Origin: Bryobacterales bacterium | GTDB taxonomy: Bacteria; Acidobacteriota; Terriglobia; Bryobacterales; Bryobacteraceae | NCBI GenBank assembly: GCA_003163855.1 | Contig: PLRJ01000087.1 | Location: forward strand, 177,296 to 241,295 | Length of the DNA stretch: 64,000 bases | Direction: 5' to 3' | Shown: positions 45,181-53,877 of the stretch, piece after piece | Layout: every line of letters begins with the position of its first letter | Numbering within the stretch: the first letter of the stretch is position 1 | Position numbers and translations under genes: made by a program | The notes under the pieces: model-generated | Seen by the model: the letters and a program-made list of their open reading frames with translations, nothing else | Database searches by the model: none | What the model was told of the DNA's origin: nothing

Positions 45181-47085
45181 CTACTTATGCGTCACAAGCG
45201 CTAATTTTTCAAGGGCCTGTTTAGCAGGCCGGAACGCAGGATCGATACTCAAAGCTACTTGAAACTGCACCTGGGCTTCACCGTACTTGCGTGAGCGAGC
45301 GAGTGCGATACCCAAGGTTGTATGCAGATCGGCGTCGGCCGGACGAAAGGCAAGCGCTTCGCGATACCGTGCAATCGCCTGTTCAAGATTGAGCGGATTG
45401 TCATCGGTATTCGCCAGTTGATCGCCCCACAAGATCAGCACCTCGCCACAGTGCTGGCTCGCCTTGGCATCATCCGGACGTTCAGCCAGCACTTGTTTGA
45501 AGTCGCTTACGGCATCCGCGAACTTTCCGCTTGCTGCCTCGATGCTCGCAAGGCCGAAGCGAGCGTTGGTGTAATGCGGGTCACTGTTTAATGCGTGTTT
45601 GAATTGGTCTTCCGCTTCGCCGGCGCGAGAGGCGGACAGCAGCGCAATGCCTAACTCGGTGGCCGCAACCACACTTTCTGGAGATGCTTGAACCGCAAGC
45701 TGAAAATAAGGAATAGCGCCGGCGGCGTCGCCTTTGGTAAGCAACAAATCTCCAATGTTGTAATTGGCCGAAAAATCGCTGGGATATTTCTCCAGCCTTT
45801 GCCGCATTAATGCCTCCTGTAGAACCGCGCGCTGATCGCCTTCGGCAACAGGCAAGACCTGCAGCCACAAGTGCCCCATCTCATTGGTGGCGTTGTTCCC
45901 GAATAAAACGCGCTTTGCAGGGTGACTCGGGTTGCGTGGATTCGAGTCTGAATTGTCGTAGTGATATCGCATGGAGACAACGGTTCCTTTTGGCAGAAAT
46001 AAGGGTTGTTTCAGGCGGTAAACACCCTGCCAGCTCAAATCCCAATCCGGAATGCGGATCAGCCACTTGCGAGTTCCATCTGGGAGAGTGGCGTAGCCTT
46101 CCATCAGCTTGGCCATGTAGTGGGCATGCGGATAGATAGTCAGCACGTTCAAGTCGACAGGAACGCGGAAGTCGTCGGACACCTTGAAGTCTTTCTCACC
46201 TGGAGGAATATCGATGGACAGATCGCGTTCGAGTTGAACCAGCATAGGGAACTTGGTTTGCGGTTTATCGGTGAAGTAAAGGCCGATTAACGGCTCAATT
46301 GTTTCCGGTTTGCCCGAGGGACGCAGATGAACGTTCAAGATAAGATCCATGCCGGGAGTGGCACGCCAGGCCATGCCATCAGGCTCAATCACAGGCTCGC
46401 TGCCAGGTTTCCACGAAAGAAAATGACCATCTGGATCAAAGGTCTCCTCTTCCACAGACAGATCCATACCTGGGAAGCCGAAACCTACTTTTTCCTCACG
46501 CCGGCGTGAACTGCGCGCTCGATCGACAATTACATTGGCATGATGGAAAACGCGGGCATTGCCGGGCCGCACTTCAATCGCTTTCACCCACTTAGTGGTG
46601 GTAATGGGCACAGGCATGATGAAATTCCAGAAGACCTCAGAACCTCCGGCGGCGAGTTGGTAAGGTTGGGCGGCGCGCACGATCAAGTCCGGTGGACCGA
46701 GTTGCCATTGGGAGTTGAATGTGGGAGGCTGCGGAGCCTTCGCGCTTGAGCCTGCCAACGACCCTTGCTTTACCCACGCCTGAATTAACTCAATTTGGGC
46801 ATCGGTGAGACGGCGCTCCTCTTCAAAATCCCCGTGACCCGCCTCTGGGAGCCAAGGCGGCATGTAGCGCCGCTTCGTCACGTCGGCGATTTGACCGGCA
46901 TGCCGTTTGACATCGTCATACGTAATCAGTGAAAACGGCCCCGCTCCACCTGGACGATGACAAGTAACGCAGTTTCCGTAAACGATGGGCGCAATGTCGT
47001 GATAGAAGGTGACCTTGGAGGGTGCAGCCTCCAGGCTGGCCGCCAGTAGCGAAATAAGTGCAAGTAGGATCAGTCGACAGCTCAT
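45181..47085 (-). CDS. Exported multidomain protein: N-terminal CxxCH module, a copper type II ascorbate-dependent monooxygenase (PHM/DBH)-like core, and C-terminal TPR repeats
   Basis: Signal peptide. FYHDIAPIVYGNCVTCHRPGGAGPFSL...MPPWLP. Candidate copper ligands VFHHANV and YPHAHYMAK. TPR units from about residue 440. Confidence 0.55.
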   Translation of the reverse strand: MSCRLILLALISLLAASLEAAPSKVTFYHDIAPIVYGNCVTCHRPGGAGPFSLITYDDVKRHAGQIADVTKRRYMPPWLPEAGHGDFEEERRLTDAQIELIQAWVKQGSLAGSSAKAPQPPTFNSQWQLGPPDLIVRAAQPYQLAAGGSEVFWNFIMPVPITTTKWVKAIEVRPGNARVFHHANVIVDRARSSRRREEKVGFGFPGMDLSVEEETFDPDGHFLSWKPGSEPVIEPDGMAWRATPGMDLILNVHLRPSGKPETIEPLIGLYFTDKPQTKFPMLVQLERDLSIDIPPGEKDFKVSDDFRVPVDLNVLTIYPHAHYMAKLMEGYATLPDGTRKWLIRIPDWDLSWQGVYRLKQPLFLPKGTVVSMRYHYDNSDSNPRNPSHPAKRVLFGNNATNEMGHLWLQVLPVAEGDQRAVLQEALMRQRLEKYPSDFSANYNIGDLLLTKGDAAGAIPYFQLAVQASPESVVAATELGIALLSASRAGEAEDQFKHALNSDPHYTNARFGLASIEAASGKFADAVSDFKQVLAERPDDAKASQHCGEVLILWGDQLANTDDNPLNLEQAIARYREALAFRPADADLHTTLGIALARSRKYGEAQVQFQVALSIDPAFRPAKQALEKLALVTHK

Positions 47086-47135
47086 TTCTTCTGTTATCGC
47101 AAAACCGGCGGGTGTTTTTTGGTTAGACTGTGTAA

Positions 47136-49412
47136 ATGTTAAAGCCTGCGCGATGGTTTACGGTGTTTCTGCTCGGCTTTCTTACGCTGACGGTTCTTCC
47201 GCATGAAACCGGTGTGCCCACTACTAAAATTCACGTCAGCGGGCTTAAGCAGCCAGTTGAAGTACTTCGCGACCGCTGGGGCGTTCCGCACATCTACGCG
47301 AAGAACTCAGACGACTTGTTCTTCGCGCAAGGCTATGTAACCGCACAGGACCGCCTGTTCCAACTCGATCTGTGGAGGCGCATCGGCACCGGCAAACTGT
47401 CTGAGGTTTTGGGATCAGCCTATCTGAAGCGTGATCGAATCGCCAGGCTGGTTCGTTATCGAGGCGATTGGCAGAAAGAGTGGACCAGTTATTCACCTGA
47501 TGCTAAACAGATTGCGACGGCGTTCACCGATGGAATCAACGAATACATTCGGTCACTGAAAGGTCAGCGCACCGCGGAGTTCAAGCTTGCAGGCTTCGAT
47601 CCAGGATTTTGGGCGCCGGAGGATGTCACCGCGCGTGTGGCGGGTCTGCTGATGACCGGCAACATGCTGGCGGAAGTGAATCGTACTCTCGATGTTGAAA
47701 AGGTTGGTCTAGCGACGGACGACCGTTTGTTTCCACCTGAGCCGCATATTCCACTGGTTTTGCCGAGAGGCCTTAATATCGCCGATATTACGCCTGCCAT
47801 CGTCAAAGATTACGTCGCTGCCATTGGGGCCATTCACTTCCCCGGCGAACAAGGCAGCAACAACTGGGTGGTGGATGGCAGTATGACGCGGACGGGCAAG
47901 CCTTTGCTGGCGAACGATCCACACCGCGGCATCGAACTGCCCTCGTTGCGCAAGACAGTTCACCTGGTTGCACCTGGTTGGGACGTAATTGGCGCAGGCG
48001 AACCCGCTTTACCAGGAATCGCTCTTGGTCACAACGAGAATATTGCATGGGGTTTCACTATTGTCGGTATCGATCAGCAAGATCTCTACGTCGAGAAAGT
48101 CAATCCCGCGAATCCTGCGCAGTATTTGTATCGAGGCGAATGGAAAAACTTTGAGACGGAACGTCAGTCAGTGGAAATAAAGGGGCAGCCCGCTCAGGAA
48201 GTGACTCTAAAGTACACTTTGCATGGTCCTGTCATTTATGAAGATGAAAGCCGCCAACGCGCTTACGCTCTGCAATGGGTAGGCACGGCGGCGGGCGGCG
48301 CGGGTTACCTTCCGGCGTTGAAATTGGCGCGCACAAAGAATTGGACCGAGTTCCACTCGGCTGTGGCGGATTACAAAATTCCATCGGAGAACCTGGTGTA
48401 CGCAGACCGGCAAGGCAATATCGGCTGGATTGCCGCCGGTCAGGCGCCAATCCGTAAAGGCTGGACGGGTTTGTTTCCCGTGCCCGGAGATTCCGGAGAT
48501 TACGAGTGGACTGGCTTCCTGCCGGTGACGGAAAATCCCGCGAGCTTCAATCCTGCGCGGCACTTCATAGCTACGGCGAATCATGATATTCTTCCACCCG
48601 GCTACTCGCATGAACTCGGCTATTCATGGGCTTCTCCGACACGCTACAACCGCATTGTGGAGATGCTGACTACCGGACACAAATTCGACGTCAGCGACTT
48701 CGCCCACATGCAGCAGGACACAGTATCGCTTCCGGCGCGCGATTTTCAGGTGATGCTGAAGGATTGGCATCCCGCTGAGGGAAGCGAGGCTGCCAAGATA
48801 CGAGCTGAGTTGTTGAATTGGGATTGCAACGTCGCGATGGATTCAAACGCCGCCTTGATCTATGAGGTTTGGATTGAGCATATTCATCGCGCCACCATCC
48901 CGAAAGGTCTCGGGTCCGTGCGGTTGGCGCCCGATATCTTGCTGCACGAGTTGGCGGCAAATCCGAATATGAGTAGCGTCCTCCAGAAGACGCTGGAAGA
49001 GAGCCTAACCGAGGTTCGAAGCCGGCTGGGAGCGGACCAGACTGAATGGAAGTGGGGCAATCTCCACAAGGCTTATTTTCGCCATCCGCTGGGAGTGGCA
49101 AGTCTAGATCTGCCCGCTCACTCGCGCCCAGGTGATGCTTACACTGTAAACGCCACTGGCGGAGCCAATTACTCACAAAGTCACGGAGCCTCCTATCGGC
49201 AGGTGATCGACGTCAGTAACTGGGACCGGTCAGTGATGACAAACGAGCCTGGTGAATCGGGTGTTCCGGGGACTGCTCACTATGGCGATCTTATTGAAGG
49301 TTGGGCGGATGGCACTTACCATCCCATGCCCTACACAAGAAAAGCTGTTGAAGCCGCGGCCGAAGAGAGACAGATGCTGATGCCCGCAGTTTCGAAAGAC
49401 GGCACGCTATGA
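47136..49412 (+). CDS. Penicillin acylase-family Ntn hydrolase (AHL-acylase-like), exported
   Basis: Signal peptide. WGVPHIYAKNSDDLFFAQGYVTAQDRLFQLD. The beta-chain nucleophile context is GSNNWVVDG, followed by PLLANDPH. Confidence 0.85.
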   Translation: MLKPARWFTVFLLGFLTLTVLPHETGVPTTKIHVSGLKQPVEVLRDRWGVPHIYAKNSDDLFFAQGYVTAQDRLFQLDLWRRIGTGKLSEVLGSAYLKRDRIARLVRYRGDWQKEWTSYSPDAKQIATAFTDGINEYIRSLKGQRTAEFKLAGFDPGFWAPEDVTARVAGLLMTGNMLAEVNRTLDVEKVGLATDDRLFPPEPHIPLVLPRGLNIADITPAIVKDYVAAIGAIHFPGEQGSNNWVVDGSMTRTGKPLLANDPHRGIELPSLRKTVHLVAPGWDVIGAGEPALPGIALGHNENIAWGFTIVGIDQQDLYVEKVNPANPAQYLYRGEWKNFETERQSVEIKGQPAQEVTLKYTLHGPVIYEDESRQRAYALQWVGTAAGGAGYLPALKLARTKNWTEFHSAVADYKIPSENLVYADRQGNIGWIAAGQAPIRKGWTGLFPVPGDSGDYEWTGFLPVTENPASFNPARHFIATANHDILPPGYSHELGYSWASPTRYNRIVEMLTTGHKFDVSDFAHMQQDTVSLPARDFQVMLKDWHPAEGSEAAKIRAELLNWDCNVAMDSNAALIYEVWIEHIHRATIPKGLGSVRLAPDILLHELAANPNMSSVLQKTLEESLTEVRSRLGADQTEWKWGNLHKAYFRHPLGVASLDLPAHSRPGDAYTVNATGGANYSQSHGASYRQVIDVSNWDRSVMTNEPGESGVPGTAHYGDLIEGWADGTYHPMPYTRKAVEAAAEERQMLMPAVSKDGTL

Positions 49413-50887
49413 CGCGCCGCGATGCGCTGGCAGCTTTGTCGGTGGCCGCAGCGCCGCTGCTGGCGTCGAATGCATCGAGCGATATCTGCTACCTGCGCGC
49501 GGTGGATATGGCCGATGCCATTCGCAGCAAGAAGCTTTCCGCCCGCGAGGTAATGGCAGCTCATTTAAAGCAGATTAACCGCGTCAATCCAAAGGTGAAT
49601 GCATTTGTCACGCTGGCGGCCGAGGAAGCATTGATGGCCCAAGCCGCCGCGGCAGACGAGTCACTCGCCAATGGTAAATGGCTGGGACCTTTGCATGGCA
49701 TGCCCGTCGGAGTGAAAGATCTGCATGAGACAGCCGGTATGCGCACCACGTTCGGCTCTCCTTTACACAGCGACTACATCCCCGACTTCGATTGCCGCGT
49801 CGTGCAGCGCGAAAAGGCTGCTGGAGCCATTGTCGTGGGTAAGACAAACGTTCCGGAATTTGGTTTGGGTTCGCAAACGTTCAATAAGGTTTTCGGAGCC
49901 ACGCGCAATCCCTATGATGTAACCAAAACTTGTGGCGGCAGCACTGGGGGCGGATCGGTCGCTATGGCGTGCGGCATGGTTCCGCTGGCCGACGGCAGTG
50001 ATATGGGAGGCTCTCTTCGCAACCCTCCAAATTTCTGCAACATCGTAGGTATCCGGCCTTCCGCCGGACGCGTCTCGAATTTTCCAACCAAGATGGGCTG
50101 GTTCACGCTGTCGGTTCCTGGACCAGTTGCGAGAAACGTTACAGACTGCGCGTTCTTTCTAAGTGTTTTGGCCGGATACGATCACCATTCTCCGATTTCG
50201 ATTGACCAGCCGGGCGCGCAATTCGCCCAACCGCTAGGCCGAAGAGACTTTAAGGGCGTCCGTGTGGCGATGTTCAAAGATCTGGGACTGCCGTGGGAGC
50301 CGGAAGTGACAAGCGCTGTGAAGGCGCAGCGAAAAGTGTTCGAGTCACTCGGCTGCATTGTCGAGGAAGCAGAGCCGGATTTCTTAGATGCCGAGGAGTG
50401 CTTCATGACTTTGCGCCACTGGTCGAGTGAAGCCAGCTATGGCGATCTTATGGCTACGCAAGGTAGCCAATTGAACGAGTATGTTCACTGGCATGTGGAA
50501 GAAGGCCGCAAGATCACCGGGCCGCAACTCTCTCGGATTGAGGTGAAGCGTACGGCGCTGCATCAGCGCATGTGCGCCTTTCTCTCGAAATATGAGTTTT
50601 TTATTCTGCCGGTCAATCAAGTTCTTCCGTTCGATGTGAACACGCACTATCCGACCGAGATTGCGGGCGTCAAAATGGAGAACTATATTTCGTGGATGAA
50701 GTCGGCGTATTACATCTCCATCACAGGAGCGCCTGCCATGTCGGTGCCTTGCGGATTCTCTCCGGGCGGATTGCCTATAGGGGTACAAATTGTAGGCAGG
50801 CACCACGATGAGTGGGGCTTGCTGCAATTAGGCTTCGCGTTTGAACAGGCAACCAACACCGGCGCCAGAAGACCGGTTGTTGTCTAA
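49409..50887 (+). CDS. Amidase-signature enzyme with a Tat-type signal
   Basis: MTRRDALAALSVAAAPLLA. Amidase signature GGSTGGGSVAMACGMVPLADGSDMGGSLRNP. ATGA start/stop overlap with the acylase gene. Confidence 0.85.
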   Translation: MTRRDALAALSVAAAPLLASNASSDICYLRAVDMADAIRSKKLSAREVMAAHLKQINRVNPKVNAFVTLAAEEALMAQAAAADESLANGKWLGPLHGMPVGVKDLHETAGMRTTFGSPLHSDYIPDFDCRVVQREKAAGAIVVGKTNVPEFGLGSQTFNKVFGATRNPYDVTKTCGGSTGGGSVAMACGMVPLADGSDMGGSLRNPPNFCNIVGIRPSAGRVSNFPTKMGWFTLSVPGPVARNVTDCAFFLSVLAGYDHHSPISIDQPGAQFAQPLGRRDFKGVRVAMFKDLGLPWEPEVTSAVKAQRKVFESLGCIVEEAEPDFLDAEECFMTLRHWSSEASYGDLMATQGSQLNEYVHWHVEEGRKITGPQLSRIEVKRTALHQRMCAFLSKYEFFILPVNQVLPFDVNTHYPTEIAGVKMENYISWMKSAYYISITGAPAMSVPCGFSPGGLPIGVQIVGRHHDEWGLLQLGFAFEQATNTGARRPVVV

Positions 50888-50931
50888 AACGTTCATGCCT
50901 CTTCGCATAGACTATTGCATGGTCAAAGCAG

Positions 50932-52176
50932 ATGAACAACATGAACCGGAGAACTTTCCTACAACTGACAGGCTCCGCAGCGCTTGGCTTAGCGGGAAGC
51001 CGCTATGCGAGCGCCGCGCTGCCAAAAATGAAGATCACGCGCGTGCGGGTGTATGAACCACCGAACCCGACTCCGCTTTTCAATCAAAGCGACCTCGTAG
51101 TGACCATAGAGACCGATGCCGGCATTACTGGCATTGGCGAGGGCGGCTCAAGAGATACGCTGGAGCAATGCGCGGGAAGGTTGATCGGCCGAGATCCCCA
51201 ATTCATTGAGAAGCTTTGGCAGGATATGAGCCGCGCCTACTTCTATCCCCCCGGCCGAGAAAAGCAGGATGCGCTTGGAGCTCTGGATCTGGCCTTATGG
51301 GACATCAAAGGCAAAGTTCAGAACATGCCCGTTCATCAGGTGTTGGGCGGCATGGTGCGCGACCACTGCGAGTGTTACAACACGGCCGGCATCATACCCG
51401 GTGTGAAGCCTGGAATGAGCTTGAAGGAACGCGCGCAACTGACCATTGAAGCAGGTTACCGGGCGTTCCGCATGGGAGCCGCCGACAAACCGATCAACAC
51501 CACTTACAACACACACGAACGAGTCAATCAATTAGCTGAAGACTGCGCGCAAGTGAGAGAAGGGGTCGGCAAAAACGGCGACTGGTGTATCGATTTTCAT
51601 CAACGCTTTGATCTTTCCGACGCTATTCGGGGCTGTGAGCTGATTCAGTCGCTTGCACCTTACTTCGTCGAAGATGCCGTGCGGACCGAGGCTTTTAACG
51701 AAGACCTTCCCATACTTCGCAGCAAAGTTAGCGTTCCCCTGGCTGCGGGCGAAGAGTGGGGAAACCGCTGGGATTTCAATAAATTGGTAGAGAACCACAG
51801 CATCGATTATGTTCGGGCCACTTTGCCCAACGTGGGCGGCATCACCGAGATGATGAAGATTGCGGCGCTGTGCGAGACGCATTTTGTGGGCATTGTTCCG
51901 CACTTTACAGGGCCGATCGCCACAGCGGCGCTGGTCAATAGCCTGGGTACCTTTTCGGGACCGCTGCTGATGGAATACAACTTTCAGGGAAAGACGCTGC
52001 AGCATCTGCCTGTATGTCTCGATTTCAAAGACGGCAAGCTGTTCCCGAACGACCGGCCAGGACTGGGTGTTGAACTTGATATGAAGTACCTGAAGCAAAT
52101 CGCCGAGTACACGCACCCGATAACGGCGCGGGCACAGACTTATTTCCGGCCGGACGGTTCCATCACCAACTGGTGA
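50932..52176 (+). CDS. Enolase-superfamily enzyme (mandelate racemase / D-mannonate-galactonate dehydratase-like) with a Tat signal
   Basis: NRRTFLQLTGSAALGLAGS. ITGIGEGG, then the metal-ligand regions DFHQRF, FVEDAV and AAGEEW. Confidence 0.8.
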   Translation: MNNMNRRTFLQLTGSAALGLAGSRYASAALPKMKITRVRVYEPPNPTPLFNQSDLVVTIETDAGITGIGEGGSRDTLEQCAGRLIGRDPQFIEKLWQDMSRAYFYPPGREKQDALGALDLALWDIKGKVQNMPVHQVLGGMVRDHCECYNTAGIIPGVKPGMSLKERAQLTIEAGYRAFRMGAADKPINTTYNTHERVNQLAEDCAQVREGVGKNGDWCIDFHQRFDLSDAIRGCELIQSLAPYFVEDAVRTEAFNEDLPILRSKVSVPLAAGEEWGNRWDFNKLVENHSIDYVRATLPNVGGITEMMKIAALCETHFVGIVPHFTGPIATAALVNSLGTFSGPLLMEYNFQGKTLQHLPVCLDFKDGKLFPNDRPGLGVELDMKYLKQIAEYTHPITARAQTYFRPDGSITNW

Positions 52177-52230
52177 ACGCGCAAGCTATTTCGCATTAGG
52201 AGGCTCGTTGCCAGTTGATATGCTGTACGA

Positions 52231-52746
52231 ATGTCAAAAGACACCGTGATGAAGAACAGCATGAAGCTATGTGTGTTGTCTGTCGTTCTCGTGGTAGCCG
52301 CCTGCTCTCACGGAAAGGGAGGAGCCGCAGCGAACTCCGACGTAGCATCCGACGTACCAAAGGAAGCTTACGACGTTGCCAAGGCCCAGGTACTCGACGT
52401 CGGCTTCAAGAACTGCGGCGATGTATGGGGCAGTGTTTACAGGAAGTTAGGGCCTACTGACTTTAGCTCCAACACTGAATATCAGTTCAAGAATCTACGG
52501 ATGAAAATCGAGACGTTCCCCAAGACGCTGTCCGAGGCTGATAAGATGAATGGCCTCCAATGGCAGGGCCAGATTTCTTTGTCCGCCGACGTGACTCGCG
52601 AACGACTCAAGGGCCAGAAGCAATGGGGTAACTGGACCGACGGTTTCGGCGCGCAAAACATGGGCTTGTCGATGCGGGAGGTAAACGGTAAGTGGAGTGT
52701 CCTGGGTTTAAATTACTTCGGTTTGCGTGCAGCTTGTCCTAATTGA
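52231..52746 (+). CDS. Hypothetical lipoprotein
   Basis: Lipobox-like LVVAAC after a hydrophobic segment. Internal ATGs at 52249/52261 are alternative starts. No family recognised. Confidence 0.5.
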   Translation: MSKDTVMKNSMKLCVLSVVLVVAACSHGKGGAAANSDVASDVPKEAYDVAKAQVLDVGFKNCGDVWGSVYRKLGPTDFSSNTEYQFKNLRMKIETFPKTLSEADKMNGLQWQGQISLSADVTRERLKGQKQWGNWTDGFGAQNMGLSMREVNGKWSVLGLNYFGLRAACPN

Positions 52747-52770
52747 ACCTCAACTAGTGAGGATTGCAAG

Positions 52771-53877
52771 CTATTTAACTGCGCCGTTAAGAGCCATTCC
52801 AGGGCGAGTTTCGTCGGTTGCTCTGCGGAGTATGAACTCGCCCGGCTTTAGATCTCCGAACACTTGCACCAGATCTCCATCCGCCGTTCCCTTGCGAACA
52901 TTTATCCACTCTGCGTGGCCATTCTCATCGGCAATGACAAAGGTTCTTTCGGTGGTAGTGACAACGCTCGTTTTGGGAACCAGCAAGGCTGGCTTTGCTT
53001 CACGCACGGCCCATTTCACGGTTGGGTACATGCCTGGCGAGAGCGAGCCATCCCGGTTAAACACGTCCAGTTCCACTGCCATGGTGCGAGTCTTTTCGTC
53101 CAGAGCGTGCGAGATTCGCGCAATGATGCCTGAGTACGTCCGCTCCGGATAAGCCGGCACGCGGAAATCCAGTTTGGCTCCGCGACTGACGCCTCCGACG
53201 TTTTCTTCGGGAACCGAGACCACTAATCTTAGGTGAGACACCTCTTGAATCACCAGCAGAACCGGATCGGCGGTTGGCCCAACCAGGGCTCCCGGATGTA
53301 CCAGTCGGTCGGTAACAATGCCATCAAAGGGCGCAGTGATTTTCAAATATGACGCCAGATCTTTCTCTCCGCGCACAAACGCACTTGCCGATGAGCTGGC
53401 CTGCTGCTTGGCATTCACCAGCGCTTGTGCCGCTTCCACTTGTTTCTGTTCCTGAACCAATTCGTTACCCGCAATGGCGCCAGGCGTGGCCGAAGCTTCC
53501 TTCAATCGATCGAGAGTGGCCTGTAGTGCGGCGAGTTGCGCCACCGCCTGCAACCGATCGGCTTCGGCAGCTTGGAATTTTGCTTCGGCCTCGGAAATCT
53601 GCTCAGTCATCTCGGGCGCTGAGAGTTCGGCCAGCAAGGCGCCGCGTTTGACGACGCTGCCTCTGTCCACCAGGACCCTTTCGACATAACTGCGGACCTT
53701 CGCGTGGATGGCCACACTCTGAAACGGGAGAAACTCTCCAGGCAGATCAATGGTCCTGGTGATTGGCTTGGACAACACTGCCACAAGGTTTGCGTTTTGT
53801 GGACGCGCCAGCCAAGGTAACAGCAGCATGGCGAAGAAAATCAGGTTAAATCGCTTCATAGTAGCGGCTTCCTTCAT
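52771..53877 (-). CDS. RND efflux periplasmic adaptor (membrane fusion protein, HlyD family)
   Basis: Signal or anchor, a lipoyl/barrel-sandwich start (GEFLPFQSVAIHAKVRSYV), a coiled-coil hairpin (AEAKFQAAEADRLQAVAQLAALQATLDRL) and a beta-barrel (ITAPFDGIVTDR). Alternative start at ATG 53859. Confidence 0.85.
   Translation of the reverse strand: MKEAATMKRFNLIFFAMLLLPWLARPQNANLVAVLSKPITRTIDLPGEFLPFQSVAIHAKVRSYVERVLVDRGSVVKRGALLAELSAPEMTEQISEAEAKFQAAEADRLQAVAQLAALQATLDRLKEASATPGAIAGNELVQEQKQVEAAQALVNAKQQASSSASAFVRGEKDLASYLKITAPFDGIVTDRLVHPGALVGPTADPVLLVIQEVSHLRLVVSVPEENVGGVSRGAKLDFRVPAYPERTYSGIIARISHALDEKTRTMAVELDVFNRDGSLSPGMYPTVKWAVREAKPALLVPKTSVVTTTERTFVIADENGHAEWINVRKGTADGDLVQVFGDLKPGEFILRRATDETRPGMALNGAVK

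Noticed and set aside
52215-52460. An 81-aa Arg/Cys-rich ORF overlapping the lipoprotein gene in another frame, with AGGAGG 11 nt upstream of its TTG
   Set aside because: Its composition is typical of an off-frame reading of GC-rich coding DNA, and the lipoprotein frame has a proper signal and lipobox. The AGGAGG may belong to a short leader. Dual coding cannot be fully excluded without ribosome profiling.
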